This document shows, piece by piece, positions 1-9,363 of a stretch of 64,000 nt of DNA. The notes beneath the pieces were generated by a model, which had not been told where the DNA came from, ran no database searches, and saw nothing but the letters and a program-made list of their open reading frames with translations. How positions within the stretch are numbered: position 1 is the stretch's first letter; each line of letters starts with the position of its first letter. The position numbers and the translations under genes were made by a program. Source of the DNA: an uncultured Syntrophobacterales bacterium (lineage in GTDB: Bacteria; Desulfobacterota; Syntrophia; Syntrophales; UBA5619). The stretch spans positions 90,075 through 154,074 of the forward strand of contig CAIYSL010000018.1 in the NCBI GenBank assembly GCA_903928915.1, read 5' to 3'.

Positions 1-803
1 AAGGCGGCCAGGGCCACGACCGTCGCCTCGGCTACGAGGGTCCCCTTGCCGCCGAACCCTCCCCCCGAGTAGGTGGACAGGACACGGACCTTGTTGACCG
101 GGAGCCCCAGGGCCTCGGCGAGCTCCTTGCTCCGGCGGTGCGGTCCGTCCGAGGAGGACCAGACCGTGTAGCCGCCGTCGGCGGGCGAGTGCTGGGCCAC
201 CGCGGCGTGGGTCTCCATCGGGGTGTGGGCCACGGCGTGGATGTAGAATTCGTCGTCGTACACCGCGTCGGCCTCGGCGAAGCCGGTCTGCACGTCCCCT
301 TTGGTAAAGGTCCGGATGGTGCAGACGTTCGTCCCGGGGATGTTCTCGTACAGCGGCGAGTGGGGGTAATCCGCCATTCCCTCGTGGAGGATGGGCGCGT
401 CCGCAGCCAGGGCCTCCTTCGGGTCGAACACGGCCGCAAGGTCTTCGTAGCGGACCCGGATCCGGGCCGCCGCCTCCTGGGCGATCGCTTCGGTCTCCGC
501 GGCCACCGCGGCCACCACCTCCCCGACGTACCGGACCCGGTCGAAGGCGATGAAGGGCTGGTCCTTGATCATCCCGCCGTGGGTGTAGGGGAAGTCCCTG
601 CCGGTGACGACCGCCTTGACGCCGGGAACTGACTGGGCGCCGGAGACGTCGAGATCGACGATCCGGGCGTGCGGCCGGGTGGAGCGCAGGACCGCCGCGT
701 GCAGCATGTTCGGAAGCTCCACGTCGACGGTGTAGACGGCCTGTCCGGTCACCTTCTCCCGGCCGTCCAGCCGGGGGACCGACCTTCCGATCCAGGTTTC
801 CAT
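1..803 (-). CDS. Molybdopterin-binding large subunit of a xanthine dehydrogenase / aldehyde oxidoreductase / CoxL-family enzyme (5' part only, gene leaves the window)
   Basis: Absent from the ORF track because it runs off the window. My minus-strand translation from ATG at 803 gives METWIGRSVPRLDGREKVTGQAVYTVDVELPNMLHAAVLRSTRPHARIVDLD...FIAFDRVRYVGEVVAAVAAE...YSGGGFGGKG, typical of this family's N-terminal region. The start lies 1 nt after the stop of the 2Fe-2S subunit gene. Confidence 0.85.
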   Translation of the reverse strand, partial: METWIGRSVPRLDGREKVTGQAVYTVDVELPNMLHAAVLRSTRPHARIVDLDVSGAQSVPGVKAVVTGRDFPYTHGGMIKDQPFIAFDRVRYVGEVVAAVAAETEAIAQEAAARIRVRYEDLAAVFDPKEALAADAPILHEGMADYPHSPLYENIPGTNVCTIRTFTKGDVQTGFAEADAVYDDEFYIHAVAHTPMETHAAVAQHSPADGGYTVWSSSDGPHRRSKELAEALGLPVNKVRVLSTYSGGGFGGKGTLVAEATVVALAA

Positions 804-804
804 A

Positions 805-1272
805 TCAGGACTCCTTCGGGGAGGCGGCCTGGACCGCCGCGATGATCTTTTTGTAGGAGCCGCAGCGGCAGAGCACCCCGGAGAGGGCCCGCTTGATCGT
901 CTCCTCCGTGGGGTGGGGATCTTCGTCGAGCAGGGCCTTGGCCGAGAGGATCATGGCCGGCGAGCAGAACCCGCACTGCACCGCCCCCTGATCGATGAAG
1001 CTCTGCTGGAGGGGGTGAAGCTCCGCCCCCTTGGCCAGCCCCTCGATGGTGGTGACGCTGCGGCCCCGGGCGTCGGCCGCCAGCATCAGGCAGGAGTTGA
1101 CGGGCTTTCCGTCCACCAGGACGATGCAGGTCCCGCAGTCCCCCATCCCGCATCCTTCCTTTGTCCCGGTCAGGTGCAATCCATCCCGGATCAGCTCCAG
1201 CAGGGTCGTCTGCGGCTCCACCTCCACCTGCATGAGTTCGTCGTTCACGGTCAGTTCTATGGGCTTCTTCAT
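805..1272 (-). CDS. [2Fe-2S]-binding small subunit of the molybdoenzyme (CoxS-like)
   Basis: 155-aa ORF with ferredoxin-type motif CGMGDCGTC and second cluster motif CGFCSPAM...CRCGSY. It lies between the FAD and Mo subunit genes. Confidence 0.9.
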   Translation of the reverse strand: MKKPIELTVNDELMQVEVEPQTTLLELIRDGLHLTGTKEGCGMGDCGTCIVLVDGKPVNSCLMLAADARGRSVTTIEGLAKGAELHPLQQSFIDQGAVQCGFCSPAMILSAKALLDEDPHPTEETIKRALSGVLCRCGSYKKIIAAVQAASPKES

Positions 1273-1321
1273 CGTCTCGTCCTGTTCGGATTCTATCCTT
1301 ATGCGCGGCTATGAGAACACA

Positions 1322-2206
1322 TCAGCGCGCCTTTCGGTCCGTCTGCACTGCGGCCGCGAGCGCCCGGTAGGCCAACACCTCCACCATCTCCCGGCGGTAA
1401 TCGGCGCAGGCCCGCATGTCCGAGATCGGCGACGTCTCCCCGGCGGCCAGGCGGGCCGCCTCCCGCAGGCGCTCCTCGGCGAGGCCCCCCCCGGAAAGGA
1501 ACGCCTCCGCACCCCTGGCCCGCAGCGGGACCGGGCCGCAGGAGGCCATGGCCAGCCGGGCCTCGGCAACCGAACCGGCGCCGTCGAGCGTCAGGCTCGC
1601 GGCCACGCCCACCAGGGCGCAGTCCATCCCCTCCCGGCGGCCGAGCCGCACATAGGCGGCGCCCGAGGACGGGGCCGCGTCGGGGACCACGATCGCCGTG
1701 ATGATCTCTGCCGGCGCCAGGGCGTTCTGGCCGGGACCCTTGAAGAAGGTGTCGAGGGGGATTTCCCGTTTCCCGGAAGCGCCTTCCGCGATGACGGAGG
1801 CCTTCAGCACGACCAGCGACGGGACCATGTCCGCCGCGGGGGAAGAGCGGCCCACGTTGCCGCCCAGCGTTGCCAGTTGGCGGATCGAGGGGGAGCCCAA
1901 GAAACCCGCAGCCTGCGCCAGCACGGGATAACGCTTTGCGACGAGCGCGGACCGTTCCAGCGCCGCGATCGTACTCAAGGTGCCGATACTGAGCCCCCCT
2001 GCCTTCGGTCGCTGGATGCGGTCGAGCCCCTTGATCCTTTTCAAATTCACCAGGAGCGACGGGGTGACGACCCCTTGCTTCATCCGCACCAGGAGGTCCG
2101 TGCCTCCGGCGAGCGTAGCGGCCCGGGGGCCCTCCCCGACGAGGATCCTGATCGCCTCCCGCAGGGTCTTCGGTTCACGGTATGCAAAGGGCTTCAATCG
2201 TTTCAT
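1322..2206 (-). CDS. FAD-binding medium subunit of the molybdoenzyme (CoxM-like)
   Basis: Lies inside track ORF 1322..2851. Family-like sequence begins at internal ATG 2206 (verified cat at 2204-2206): MKRLKPFAYREPKTLREAI...AGGTDLLVRMK...LATLGGNVG. The upstream 215 codons are low-complexity. Confidence 0.85.
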   Translation of the reverse strand: MKRLKPFAYREPKTLREAIRILVGEGPRAATLAGGTDLLVRMKQGVVTPSLLVNLKRIKGLDRIQRPKAGGLSIGTLSTIAALERSALVAKRYPVLAQAAGFLGSPSIRQLATLGGNVGRSSPAADMVPSLVVLKASVIAEGASGKREIPLDTFFKGPGQNALAPAEIITAIVVPDAAPSSGAAYVRLGRREGMDCALVGVAASLTLDGAGSVAEARLAMASCGPVPLRARGAEAFLSGGGLAEERLREAARLAAGETSPISDMRACADYRREMVEVLAYRALAAAVQTDRKAR

Positions 2207-2426
2207 GGCTCGTTCCTGTTTGAAGGCGTGGGGGGAAAAACGGCTTATGACATCGCAAAGGAAGCGGTATTTGTCAATGATAAAATATGCGGTTACCGCC
2301 CGGCGCCGGGGAAGGGCATGGCAATCCGCCTGTCGCTGTGCTATAGGATTTGCCCTTCCGGGAGAAGCGGGGCCTGCATTGCGCCAGGGTGCGTCCGGGC
2401 GGCGCGGGCAAAGCGAGGAGCACGAC

Positions 2427-3800
2427 ATGACGGATCGCGAGGGGAATATCGACCGGTTGCGGGAGGAATTGTCCGGGTTGATCGAACCGGAATGGGTGAG
2501 CCGGGTCGGCACGTCCGTGATCGTGAAGCCCCGGACGGCAGAGGAGATCGCCGCAGTCCTCCGGCTGGCGAACCGGACGGAGACGCCGGTCCGCCCCCGG
2601 GGAGGGGGGACGGGCTGGTGGTCCAGCACACTGCCGCCGGCGGAGGGAATCCTCCTCCAGATGACCCGGATGAACGAGGTCCTGGCCATCGACGAGGATG
2701 TGCTGACGGTCCGTGTCGAGGCCGGCATCACCTTTGCCAGGCTGGAGGAGGCGCTCGGCGCACAGGGATACCGGATCGCCGTCTTTCCGGAAAGCGGCCG
2801 GACTGCGACGATGGGCGGCCATATCCAGACCTGGGGGACCAGCCCCCACACCAGCAGCGTGTTCGAGGATCAGGCGACCCAGATCGTGGGGCTGAAGGTG
2901 GTCCTGCCCACCGGCGAGATCGTCCCCACCGGCAGCACCGCGGTGACCGCAGCAGCCAAGGATTTCAGCAGGCGGTTCTTCCCCGCCGACCTGACGGGGC
3001 TGTTCCTCGGGGCGGAGGGGGCGTTCGGGGTGATCGCCGAGGCCACGCTGAAAATCTTCCGGCAGCCCGAGGCCTCGCGGACGCGCGTAGCCGGATTTCC
3101 CGGCCTGCCGGAGGCCGTCGCCGCACTCCGCGCCTTCCAGGATGCACAGCGGGGCGGCGGGATCTCGACCCTCGTGGAGCAGCGGCTCGTGCCCCGGGAG
3201 ATGCTCCTGGCCACGATCCCCCGGCTCGGGGAATCCTTGCCCGCGGCGGTCCGGTTCCTGCTGGTCCTCAGGGTGGAGGGCGATGCGGCGGACGTGGAGC
3301 GGCACATGGCTGCGGCCTGCGCGCTCAGCAGGGAGAGGGGCGGGCGTATCGTCGAGGACGATCTCCCCGAGTGGTGGGCGGGCCGGTTCGGCTCCTTCCC
3401 GGCCGCAGGGCTGGGCAAGGGGCCGCGGATCATGATCGTGGCGATGGTCCCCTTCGCCGGGATGGAAGAGGCCTGTTCGATCGTCGATGCCTTCGGGGCA
3501 CAGCACGGCCTGAGCCTGAAGCTGCGCGGCTACCCCTTCGGCGGCCCGGTCTTCCTGGCCCACGCCAGCATCTCCTGGGAGGCGGGCCGGCCCGAGAGCC
3601 GGCTGGAGGCGTTGGCCCGGGCGCGGGAGCTGATGGCGGCGCTGATCGGGATCGGCGCCGTCCCCCACCGGGTGGGGACGGATTTTCTCCCCGTCCTGGT
3701 GGAGCGGCTCGACCCGGCGTACTACGGGTTTGTGAAGCGGGTGAAAGGGATGCTGGACCCGAAGGGGATCATGAACCCCGGGGTGGTCGTGTCCGGATGA
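2427..3800 (+). CDS. FAD-linked oxidase (GlcD / FAD_binding_4-type)
   Basis: Internal ATG at 2427 preceded by GAGGAG. MTDREGNIDRLREEL...RPRGGGTGWWSS...GAEGAFGVIAEATLKI, C-terminal ...KGMLDPKGIMNPGVVVSG is typical of the family. Confidence 0.8.
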   Translation: MTDREGNIDRLREELSGLIEPEWVSRVGTSVIVKPRTAEEIAAVLRLANRTETPVRPRGGGTGWWSSTLPPAEGILLQMTRMNEVLAIDEDVLTVRVEAGITFARLEEALGAQGYRIAVFPESGRTATMGGHIQTWGTSPHTSSVFEDQATQIVGLKVVLPTGEIVPTGSTAVTAAAKDFSRRFFPADLTGLFLGAEGAFGVIAEATLKIFRQPEASRTRVAGFPGLPEAVAALRAFQDAQRGGGISTLVEQRLVPREMLLATIPRLGESLPAAVRFLLVLRVEGDAADVERHMAAACALSRERGGRIVEDDLPEWWAGRFGSFPAAGLGKGPRIMIVAMVPFAGMEEACSIVDAFGAQHGLSLKLRGYPFGGPVFLAHASISWEAGRPESRLEALARARELMAALIGIGAVPHRVGTDFLPVLVERLDPAYYGFVKRVKGMLDPKGIMNPGVVVSG

Positions 3801-3985
3801 TACGACGGGGGCAACAACCCACGGTTGTCATCCCGGCAGAGCCGGAATCCAGGCATCGTCTCTGCGAAAGCCGGGAACCGGAAAGAATGACCGGATGCCG
3901 GATCTTGGCCCGGCAGGACATTCTCCCTGGCCTGGTTGCGGGTCATCCCCGGGAAATCGCAGCGGGAGAGGAAGGCGACATTCGG

Positions 3986-4939
3986 ATGCACAAGGGTCTC
4001 TTCGGTCTTCTCCTCTTTCTGCTGCTGATCGGCGCTCCGGTCGTTCTCGCCGCGGATTCGTGCCTGTTGGCAACCTACTACAGCCGCGGCCTGGCCCTGG
4101 ACAGGGCAGGCAAGCACGACCGGGCGATCGAGGAGTATTCCCTGGCCATCGCCGCGAACCCCGGCGACGCGGCAGCCTACTACCGGCGGGGGCTCGATTA
4201 CGGCCGGAAGGGCCACTTCGACCGGGAGACCGAGGACTACAGCAAGGCCGCGGCGCTGGATGCGGACGTGGGGCGGTCGGGGCGGGGCGCGGAGCGGTGG
4301 ACCGACGGCGAGGTCGAGGCGTTCACGAGGGCAATCCCGGATCGTCCCGGTGACGCCTGGGCTTACTACAGCCGGGGGATCGCCCTCCGCCTGAAGGGCC
4401 AGCCGGAGGAGGCAGCCGCAGATTTCCGGAAGGCGCTCAGCCTGGACCCGGGGCATACCGCGGCGATCTACCATCTCGGCGCCGCCCTCAGAACCCTGGG
4501 CCGGCTGGACGAGGCCCTCGCGGCGTACGACCGCGCGCTGTCACTCGACGCGGGCCTCGCTTGGGCCGTCTACAACCGCGGCCTGGTGCTGAGCAGGCAG
4601 GGCCGGTACGCCGAGGCGGTCGAGGCGTTCGGCAGGACCCTGGGGCTGGACCCGAACTACGCCACCCCTGCGGAGCAGAGTCCGAACTACGCCTGGGCGT
4701 ACTACGACCGCGGGTTTGCCCGTCTGCGGCAGGGACAGCATACCCCTGCCATCGCCGACTTCACCACGGCCGCGGTCATCGCCCCCGAATTTCCTCCGCT
4801 GTACTACTGGCGCGCAACGGCCTACGCGGAGATCGGCAACAGAGACGGGGCCCGCCGGGACATGCGCCGCGCAGCCCGGCTCGGAAGCGCGGCGGCGAAG
4901 AAATGGCTGGCCGGTCCCAGGGCCGCCCCGCGCAACTAG
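3986..4939 (+). CDS. Secreted TPR-repeat protein
   Basis: Only the last 317 codons of the 1302-aa track ORF look real. ATG 3986 is followed by signal peptide MHKGLFGLLLFLLLIGAPVVLA. Repeated AxAYYxRGxAxxxxGxxxEAxxDFxxAlxLDP units are present. Confidence 0.75.
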   Translation: MHKGLFGLLLFLLLIGAPVVLAADSCLLATYYSRGLALDRAGKHDRAIEEYSLAIAANPGDAAAYYRRGLDYGRKGHFDRETEDYSKAAALDADVGRSGRGAERWTDGEVEAFTRAIPDRPGDAWAYYSRGIALRLKGQPEEAAADFRKALSLDPGHTAAIYHLGAALRTLGRLDEALAAYDRALSLDAGLAWAVYNRGLVLSRQGRYAEAVEAFGRTLGLDPNYATPAEQSPNYAWAYYDRGFARLRQGQHTPAIADFTTAAVIAPEFPPLYYWRATAYAEIGNRDGARRDMRRAARLGSAAAKKWLAGPRAAPRN

Positions 4940-4961
4940 CGTCCGCCGATCTCCGCCGTCC

Positions 4962-5462
4962 TCAATTCACCCCTTCCCGGAGCCGCTTCATCTTGACGGG
5001 ATAGGATCCGTTTTTCCGGGCGAGGTGTCCTGCCATCAGATCCGGCCGGTCCGTGGCAACCTTCAGCGACATCATTCCCGTGGGGGTCATGAACCGCAGC
5101 GTCGTGTCTCCGCGGCCCTGGTCGATCGCCCCCGTTATCCTTCCCCAGCCAGGGGCACAGTGGCATTGGGCGGTCTTGGGCGGTCCGCCGACCCGCGGGT
5201 CGTTGTGATGTCCGCTGTGGGCATACACGATCCGGGCGGAGTTCCCGTTCAGACTCTCGACGATCATCCGGCTGTGCCAGGGGGTTACCGATTCCACCTC
5301 GCCGACCCACGTCCCCGATAACATCCTTACCTCCTCAGGCAACGCAGGGTCGGGAGGAAGAACGGTGACCGTGGCAGGCAGTGGAATGGCCGGAGGCACT
5401 GTGGCCGACAGGCAACCGCCCAGGAGGGCAATCACGACCAGCATAACGAACCGTTTTTTCAT
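4962..5462 (-). CDS. Hypothetical lipoprotein
   Basis: Internal ATG 5462 gives MKKRFVMLVVIALLGGC (lipobox LLGGC). No family recognised. Confidence 0.55.
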   Translation of the reverse strand: MKKRFVMLVVIALLGGCLSATVPPAIPLPATVTVLPPDPALPEEVRMLSGTWVGEVESVTPWHSRMIVESLNGNSARIVYAHSGHHNDPRVGGPPKTAQCHCAPGWGRITGAIDQGRGDTTLRFMTPTGMMSLKVATDRPDLMAGHLARKNGSYPVKMKRLREGVN

Positions 5463-5672
5463 CGGCGCGATGGGGGTCTGCATGGAGATAGCTATCGGCG
5501 GTTTCCCGGAAGAGTTTAATGTCGCGATGACGGGATGGCCGGGCGCGAAAAGCAGGAGTGCCGGGATGGGCAGCGAGGCGGGCAAGCGTACCTCCTATCG
5601 GGACGGCAGAGCGAGGCTAAAGTTTTGACGCAGGAGTGACGATGAACGGATACGGGTCGACAAGGTGTCGGA

Positions 5673-7007
5673 GTGAACATGGCTGCCCGGATTCAACGGA
5701 ATGAGAATTCGTCCGTCCCGCTGCGCAGAAGGATCTGCGGCGCAGCGCTGCGCACGGTGCTGCTCCTGCTGCTGGTGGCCTGCGGCGGCGGCGGAGGCGG
5801 CTCCGATGTCCCGGCCCCGCCACCGCCGACCTACCAGAAGGTGCTGCTGAGCCGCTTCCCCATCTCCCTGGACGTCCTGTTCCGTACCGACAATCCGGTT
5901 CAGCGGGAGCAGATCCTCGCCCAAATCCGCAGCGGCCGCCCCGAAGCGGCCATGCTGTTTTTGGTGCCCTATCCCTTCTACAACCACGCCGGCCACTTCC
6001 CGGCCACGCAGAAATGGTACCTCTACACCCAGGGGGCCACGCCCGTCTCCCTGCCGGCGGCGGGCTTTCTGGAGGTGCGCGGAGAGACGGGGGCGGAGAC
6101 GCAGGTGCTCAACGGCGTTCCCTGCGTGATGGACATCACGGCCACCATCCATCTGAGCTATTACATCCGGGTGGAGCTGGGTCACGTCTGCATCGATCGG
6201 CGGCTCGTCGACGCGTTCCATGCCGCCGCTCCCGTGGACGTGTTCGGCCGGCAGCGCCGCGCCATCCCGGTGGCCGCGGACGCGGTGCTCGGTTCGACCC
6301 TGCCGACCGCTGCCCTGGACTTCATCGTCGAGGATGACACCAACAGCAATTTCGACCCCAACGGCATCTTCTCCTACTACCAAAACAGGGTGAACCCATT
6401 TCTTTACCTGACGGCAGGGGTGCAGAATCAGGTCCGCAGCTTCTACCAGCCCCAACTGGACGCCATGAAGCTCAGCGGGCTGTACCCCGAATCCGCCCTG
6501 GATCGCACCTATGACATCAACGAGGCGGGCGCCTTCTTCGGCACCTGGTTCTACCACTCGGGCCCGTTGCAGCTGGGCCCGCAGGACCATCGCCTGGGGT
6601 GGTACAGCTTCAGCGGCAGCGTGATCAACCTGCTCGACGTGGCCCGCACCGACCGGGCGACCTTCTGGAAGGATGCCAACACCGGAGAGCCCTTCGGCGC
6701 CGACATGATCGGCGTCTTCTGCGACGCGCAGTACAGCGGCACCGTGCCTGCCTTCACCCCCCTCGGGGGGCGGTATATGGTTCGGATGGAGGGGGACAAC
6801 CGAAGCGGTATTCTCCGCTTGGATCCCTTCTTCTACAACTGGGCGGCCAGCCCCGTGTACCTGAAGGTGCAGTTCGCCGAGGGGAGCGCTGCCACCCCCT
6901 GGGACGACCAGCTCGCTGTGGAAGCATTCCCCACCCGGGATGCCGCCCGGGGTCCCTTTACCGCGGCAAAGTTCACCTATGTGCGGATGTACGAACGGAA
7001 CAACTAG
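5673..7007 (+). CDS. Hypothetical lipoprotein, 444 aa
   Basis: N-terminus ...LLLLLVACGGGGGG has a lipobox. The codon pattern is coding-like throughout. No family recognised. Confidence 0.6.
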   Translation: MNMAARIQRNENSSVPLRRRICGAALRTVLLLLLVACGGGGGGSDVPAPPPPTYQKVLLSRFPISLDVLFRTDNPVQREQILAQIRSGRPEAAMLFLVPYPFYNHAGHFPATQKWYLYTQGATPVSLPAAGFLEVRGETGAETQVLNGVPCVMDITATIHLSYYIRVELGHVCIDRRLVDAFHAAAPVDVFGRQRRAIPVAADAVLGSTLPTAALDFIVEDDTNSNFDPNGIFSYYQNRVNPFLYLTAGVQNQVRSFYQPQLDAMKLSGLYPESALDRTYDINEAGAFFGTWFYHSGPLQLGPQDHRLGWYSFSGSVINLLDVARTDRATFWKDANTGEPFGADMIGVFCDAQYSGTVPAFTPLGGRYMVRMEGDNRSGILRLDPFFYNWAASPVYLKVQFAEGSAATPWDDQLAVEAFPTRDAARGPFTAAKFTYVRMYERNN

Positions 7008-7219
7008 CAGTTCGCCGCGTCGCACCCCCGCTCCTTGACCTCGTTTCCCGCCCCCGCGCACCCTTCCTGCGGCGGCCGGAAGGACACGCCTCCCGGCGCT
7101 GACCGGGAGCCGGCGCCCTGCGACGCCGTCGGCGTCCGCGCGGAAGCCGCCGGGCGTCGGCCATACCGATGCGCGGGGATGTCATCCAGCGGGGGCGGAG
7201 ACTTTCGCTCAAAATCCCC

Positions 7220-7248
7220 TTGACATACCGGGGAGGGGCTCTTATCCT
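7220..7248 (+). promoter_or_regulatory. Sigma70-type promoter candidate for tctA
   Basis: TTGACA (7220-7225), 17-nt spacer, TATCCT (7243-7248), preceded by AAAATCCCC. Lies about 100 nt upstream of ATG 7345. Confidence 0.5.
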
Positions 7249-7344
7249 CAGTCGCGCAAACGCCAGGTGCCAGGGGGTAAGGCTCTTCTCTGCGCCCTTC
7301 CCGGGGGAGGCAGGTTCTCACGGAGCGCTCGAGCGAGTGTCACA

Positions 7345-8853
7345 ATGGAAACCATTCAGCAGCTCATATTCGGTTTCGGCGTCACCCTCCAGCCCATCAA
7401 CCTCCTGTGTGCCTTTCTGGGCGCGCTCATGGGGACATTGGTCGGCGTTCTTCCCGGATTGGGCCCCGTGGGCGCCATGTCGATGCTGCTGCCCGTGACC
7501 TATGGCATGTCCCCGACCGGGGCGATCATCATGCTGGCCGGGATGTATTACGGGGCCCAGTACGGAGGCTCCACCACGTCGATCCTGGTGAACATCCCCG
7601 GAGAGTCCGCCTCGGTGGTGACCTGTCTGGACGGGTACCAGATGGCCCGGAAGGGCAGGGCCGGCGCGGCCCTGGGCATTTCCGCCTTCGGCTCCTTCAT
7701 CGCCGGGACGCTGGGCGTCGTGGCCCTTTCCTTTCTCGCGCCGCCGCTGGTGGAGGCCGCCCTTTCCTTCGGCCCCCCGGAGTACTTCGCGCTGATGTGT
7801 CTGGGGCTTACGGTGTTGACCTTCCTAGGGCACGGTTCGATGCTCAAGGCCTTGATCATCGCGATCCTGGGGCTCTGCGTCGGGACCGTCGGCATGGACA
7901 TCACCACCGGCATGCAGCGGTTCACCTTCGGGCTACCCGAGCTCATGGAAGGGGTGGGGCTGGTCCAGATTGCCATGGGGATGTTCGGGATTGCCGAGAT
8001 CCTCTGCAACATCGAAAAGACGATGCAGGTCTCCGTGTTCAAGACCAAGCTGACGGGCTTCTTCCCCAACCGCGAGGACTTCAAGAGGAGCACCGGCGCC
8101 ATCCTGCGCGGAACCGTCGTGGGGTTCTTCCTCGGCATCCTGCCCGGCGGAAACGCGATCATCGCCTCCTTTGCCTCCTACGCGATCGAGAAGCGCATAT
8201 CCAAGCGGCCGGACCTGTTCGGCACGGGCGTCATCGAAGGGGTGGCCGCCCCGGAGTCGGCCAACAACGCGGCGTCCTCGGGGTGCTTCATCCCCCTGAT
8301 GACCCTGGGCATCCCCTCCAACGTGGTCATGGCGCTGCTGCTCGGGGCCCTGATGATCCACGGCCTGACGCCCGGACCGATGCTGATGATCAAGAAGCCC
8401 GACCTCTTCTGGGGCGTCATCTGCAGCATGTACATCGGCAACATCATGCTCCTGATCCTGAACCTCCCCCTGATTCCCCTGTGGGTGAAGGTGTTGAAAA
8501 TTCCCTACCGCATCCTGTTTCCGTTCATCCTCCTGTTCTGCATGATCGGGGTGTACAGCGTCAACAACAACGTCTTCGACATCTACTTGACGATCTTCTT
8601 CGGGGTTGTCGGGTATCTGATGCGGAAATTCGAATTCGAGGCCGCCCCATTCATCCTGGCGGTGGTCCTCGGGCCGATGATGGAGAAGTCCTTCCGCCAA
8701 TCCCTGATCATGTCCCGGGGCGACTTTTCGATCTTCGTGACCCGGCCGATTCCCGCGGTGATTTTTGCGATCGCCGCCTTCCTCCTGATCATGCCGATGT
8801 TCACCAAGACGCGGCAGCAAAAGATCGCAGTGTTGAAGGACGATGCAGTCTAA
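7345..8853 (+). CDS. tctA: Tripartite tricarboxylate transporter large permease TctA
   Basis: ATG 7345. METIQQLIFGFGVTLQPINLL...GVLPGLGPV...YGGSTTSILVNIPGE...APESANNAA is highly characteristic of TctA. Confidence 0.9.
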   Translation: METIQQLIFGFGVTLQPINLLCAFLGALMGTLVGVLPGLGPVGAMSMLLPVTYGMSPTGAIIMLAGMYYGAQYGGSTTSILVNIPGESASVVTCLDGYQMARKGRAGAALGISAFGSFIAGTLGVVALSFLAPPLVEAALSFGPPEYFALMCLGLTVLTFLGHGSMLKALIIAILGLCVGTVGMDITTGMQRFTFGLPELMEGVGLVQIAMGMFGIAEILCNIEKTMQVSVFKTKLTGFFPNREDFKRSTGAILRGTVVGFFLGILPGGNAIIASFASYAIEKRISKRPDLFGTGVIEGVAAPESANNAASSGCFIPLMTLGIPSNVVMALLLGALMIHGLTPGPMLMIKKPDLFWGVICSMYIGNIMLLILNLPLIPLWVKVLKIPYRILFPFILLFCMIGVYSVNNNVFDIYLTIFFGVVGYLMRKFEFEAAPFILAVVLGPMMEKSFRQSLIMSRGDFSIFVTRPIPAVIFAIAAFLLIMPMFTKTRQQKIAVLKDDAV

Positions 8854-8868
8854 CAAAGGATCGAACGC

Positions 8869-9330
8869 ATGAAGAAGGCTGACCAGTGGAGCGGACTCGC
8901 CCTATCGATTCTCAGCGCAGCGATGATCTGGGCAGCCCTCGCTCTTCCCTACGGGAACGTCCACAATCCCGGACCCGGCTTCTTCCCGCTCTGGCTGGGC
9001 TTGATCCTGGGCGGCATGTCGATCGCCCTTTTCGTGCAGACCACCACTGCCAAGGGAAGCGTGCAAACCATCAGCAGTATCCTGGAAGAGGACGTCCGCT
9101 GGGAGAAGGTCCTGCTGGTCCTCGTGGCTCTGATCCTCTACGCGCTCCTGATGGACACCATCGGGTTTCTCGGCGCGACGTTTCTGCTCATGGTCGTGCT
9201 GCTGCGCTTTATCGAGCCTCAGTCCTGGAAGGTCGCCCTCGCCTGGGCGCTGGCCGGGTCGGTGGGTTCCTACCTGATCTTCGACGTCTGGATGAGACTT
9301 CGGCTTCCGAAGGGATTCCTGGGGATTTGA
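8869..9330 (+). CDS. tctB: Tripartite tricarboxylate transporter small permease TctB
   Basis: 153-aa four-TM protein with the GPGFFPLWLG motif, immediately downstream of tctA. Confidence 0.8.
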   Translation: MKKADQWSGLALSILSAAMIWAALALPYGNVHNPGPGFFPLWLGLILGGMSIALFVQTTTAKGSVQTISSILEEDVRWEKVLLVLVALILYALLMDTIGFLGATFLLMVVLLRFIEPQSWKVALAWALAGSVGSYLIFDVWMRLRLPKGFLGI

Positions 9331-9363
9331 TGCATCAAACCGCTAAGGTGAAAGGAGGAGAGG

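Noticed and set aside
1031-4939. 1302-aa ORF, the longest plus-strand ORF in the track
   Set aside because: Most of it is Arg/Pro/Gly-rich low complexity overlapping well-supported genes on both strands. Only the last 317 codons (from ATG 3986, with a signal peptide and TPR repeats) look real.
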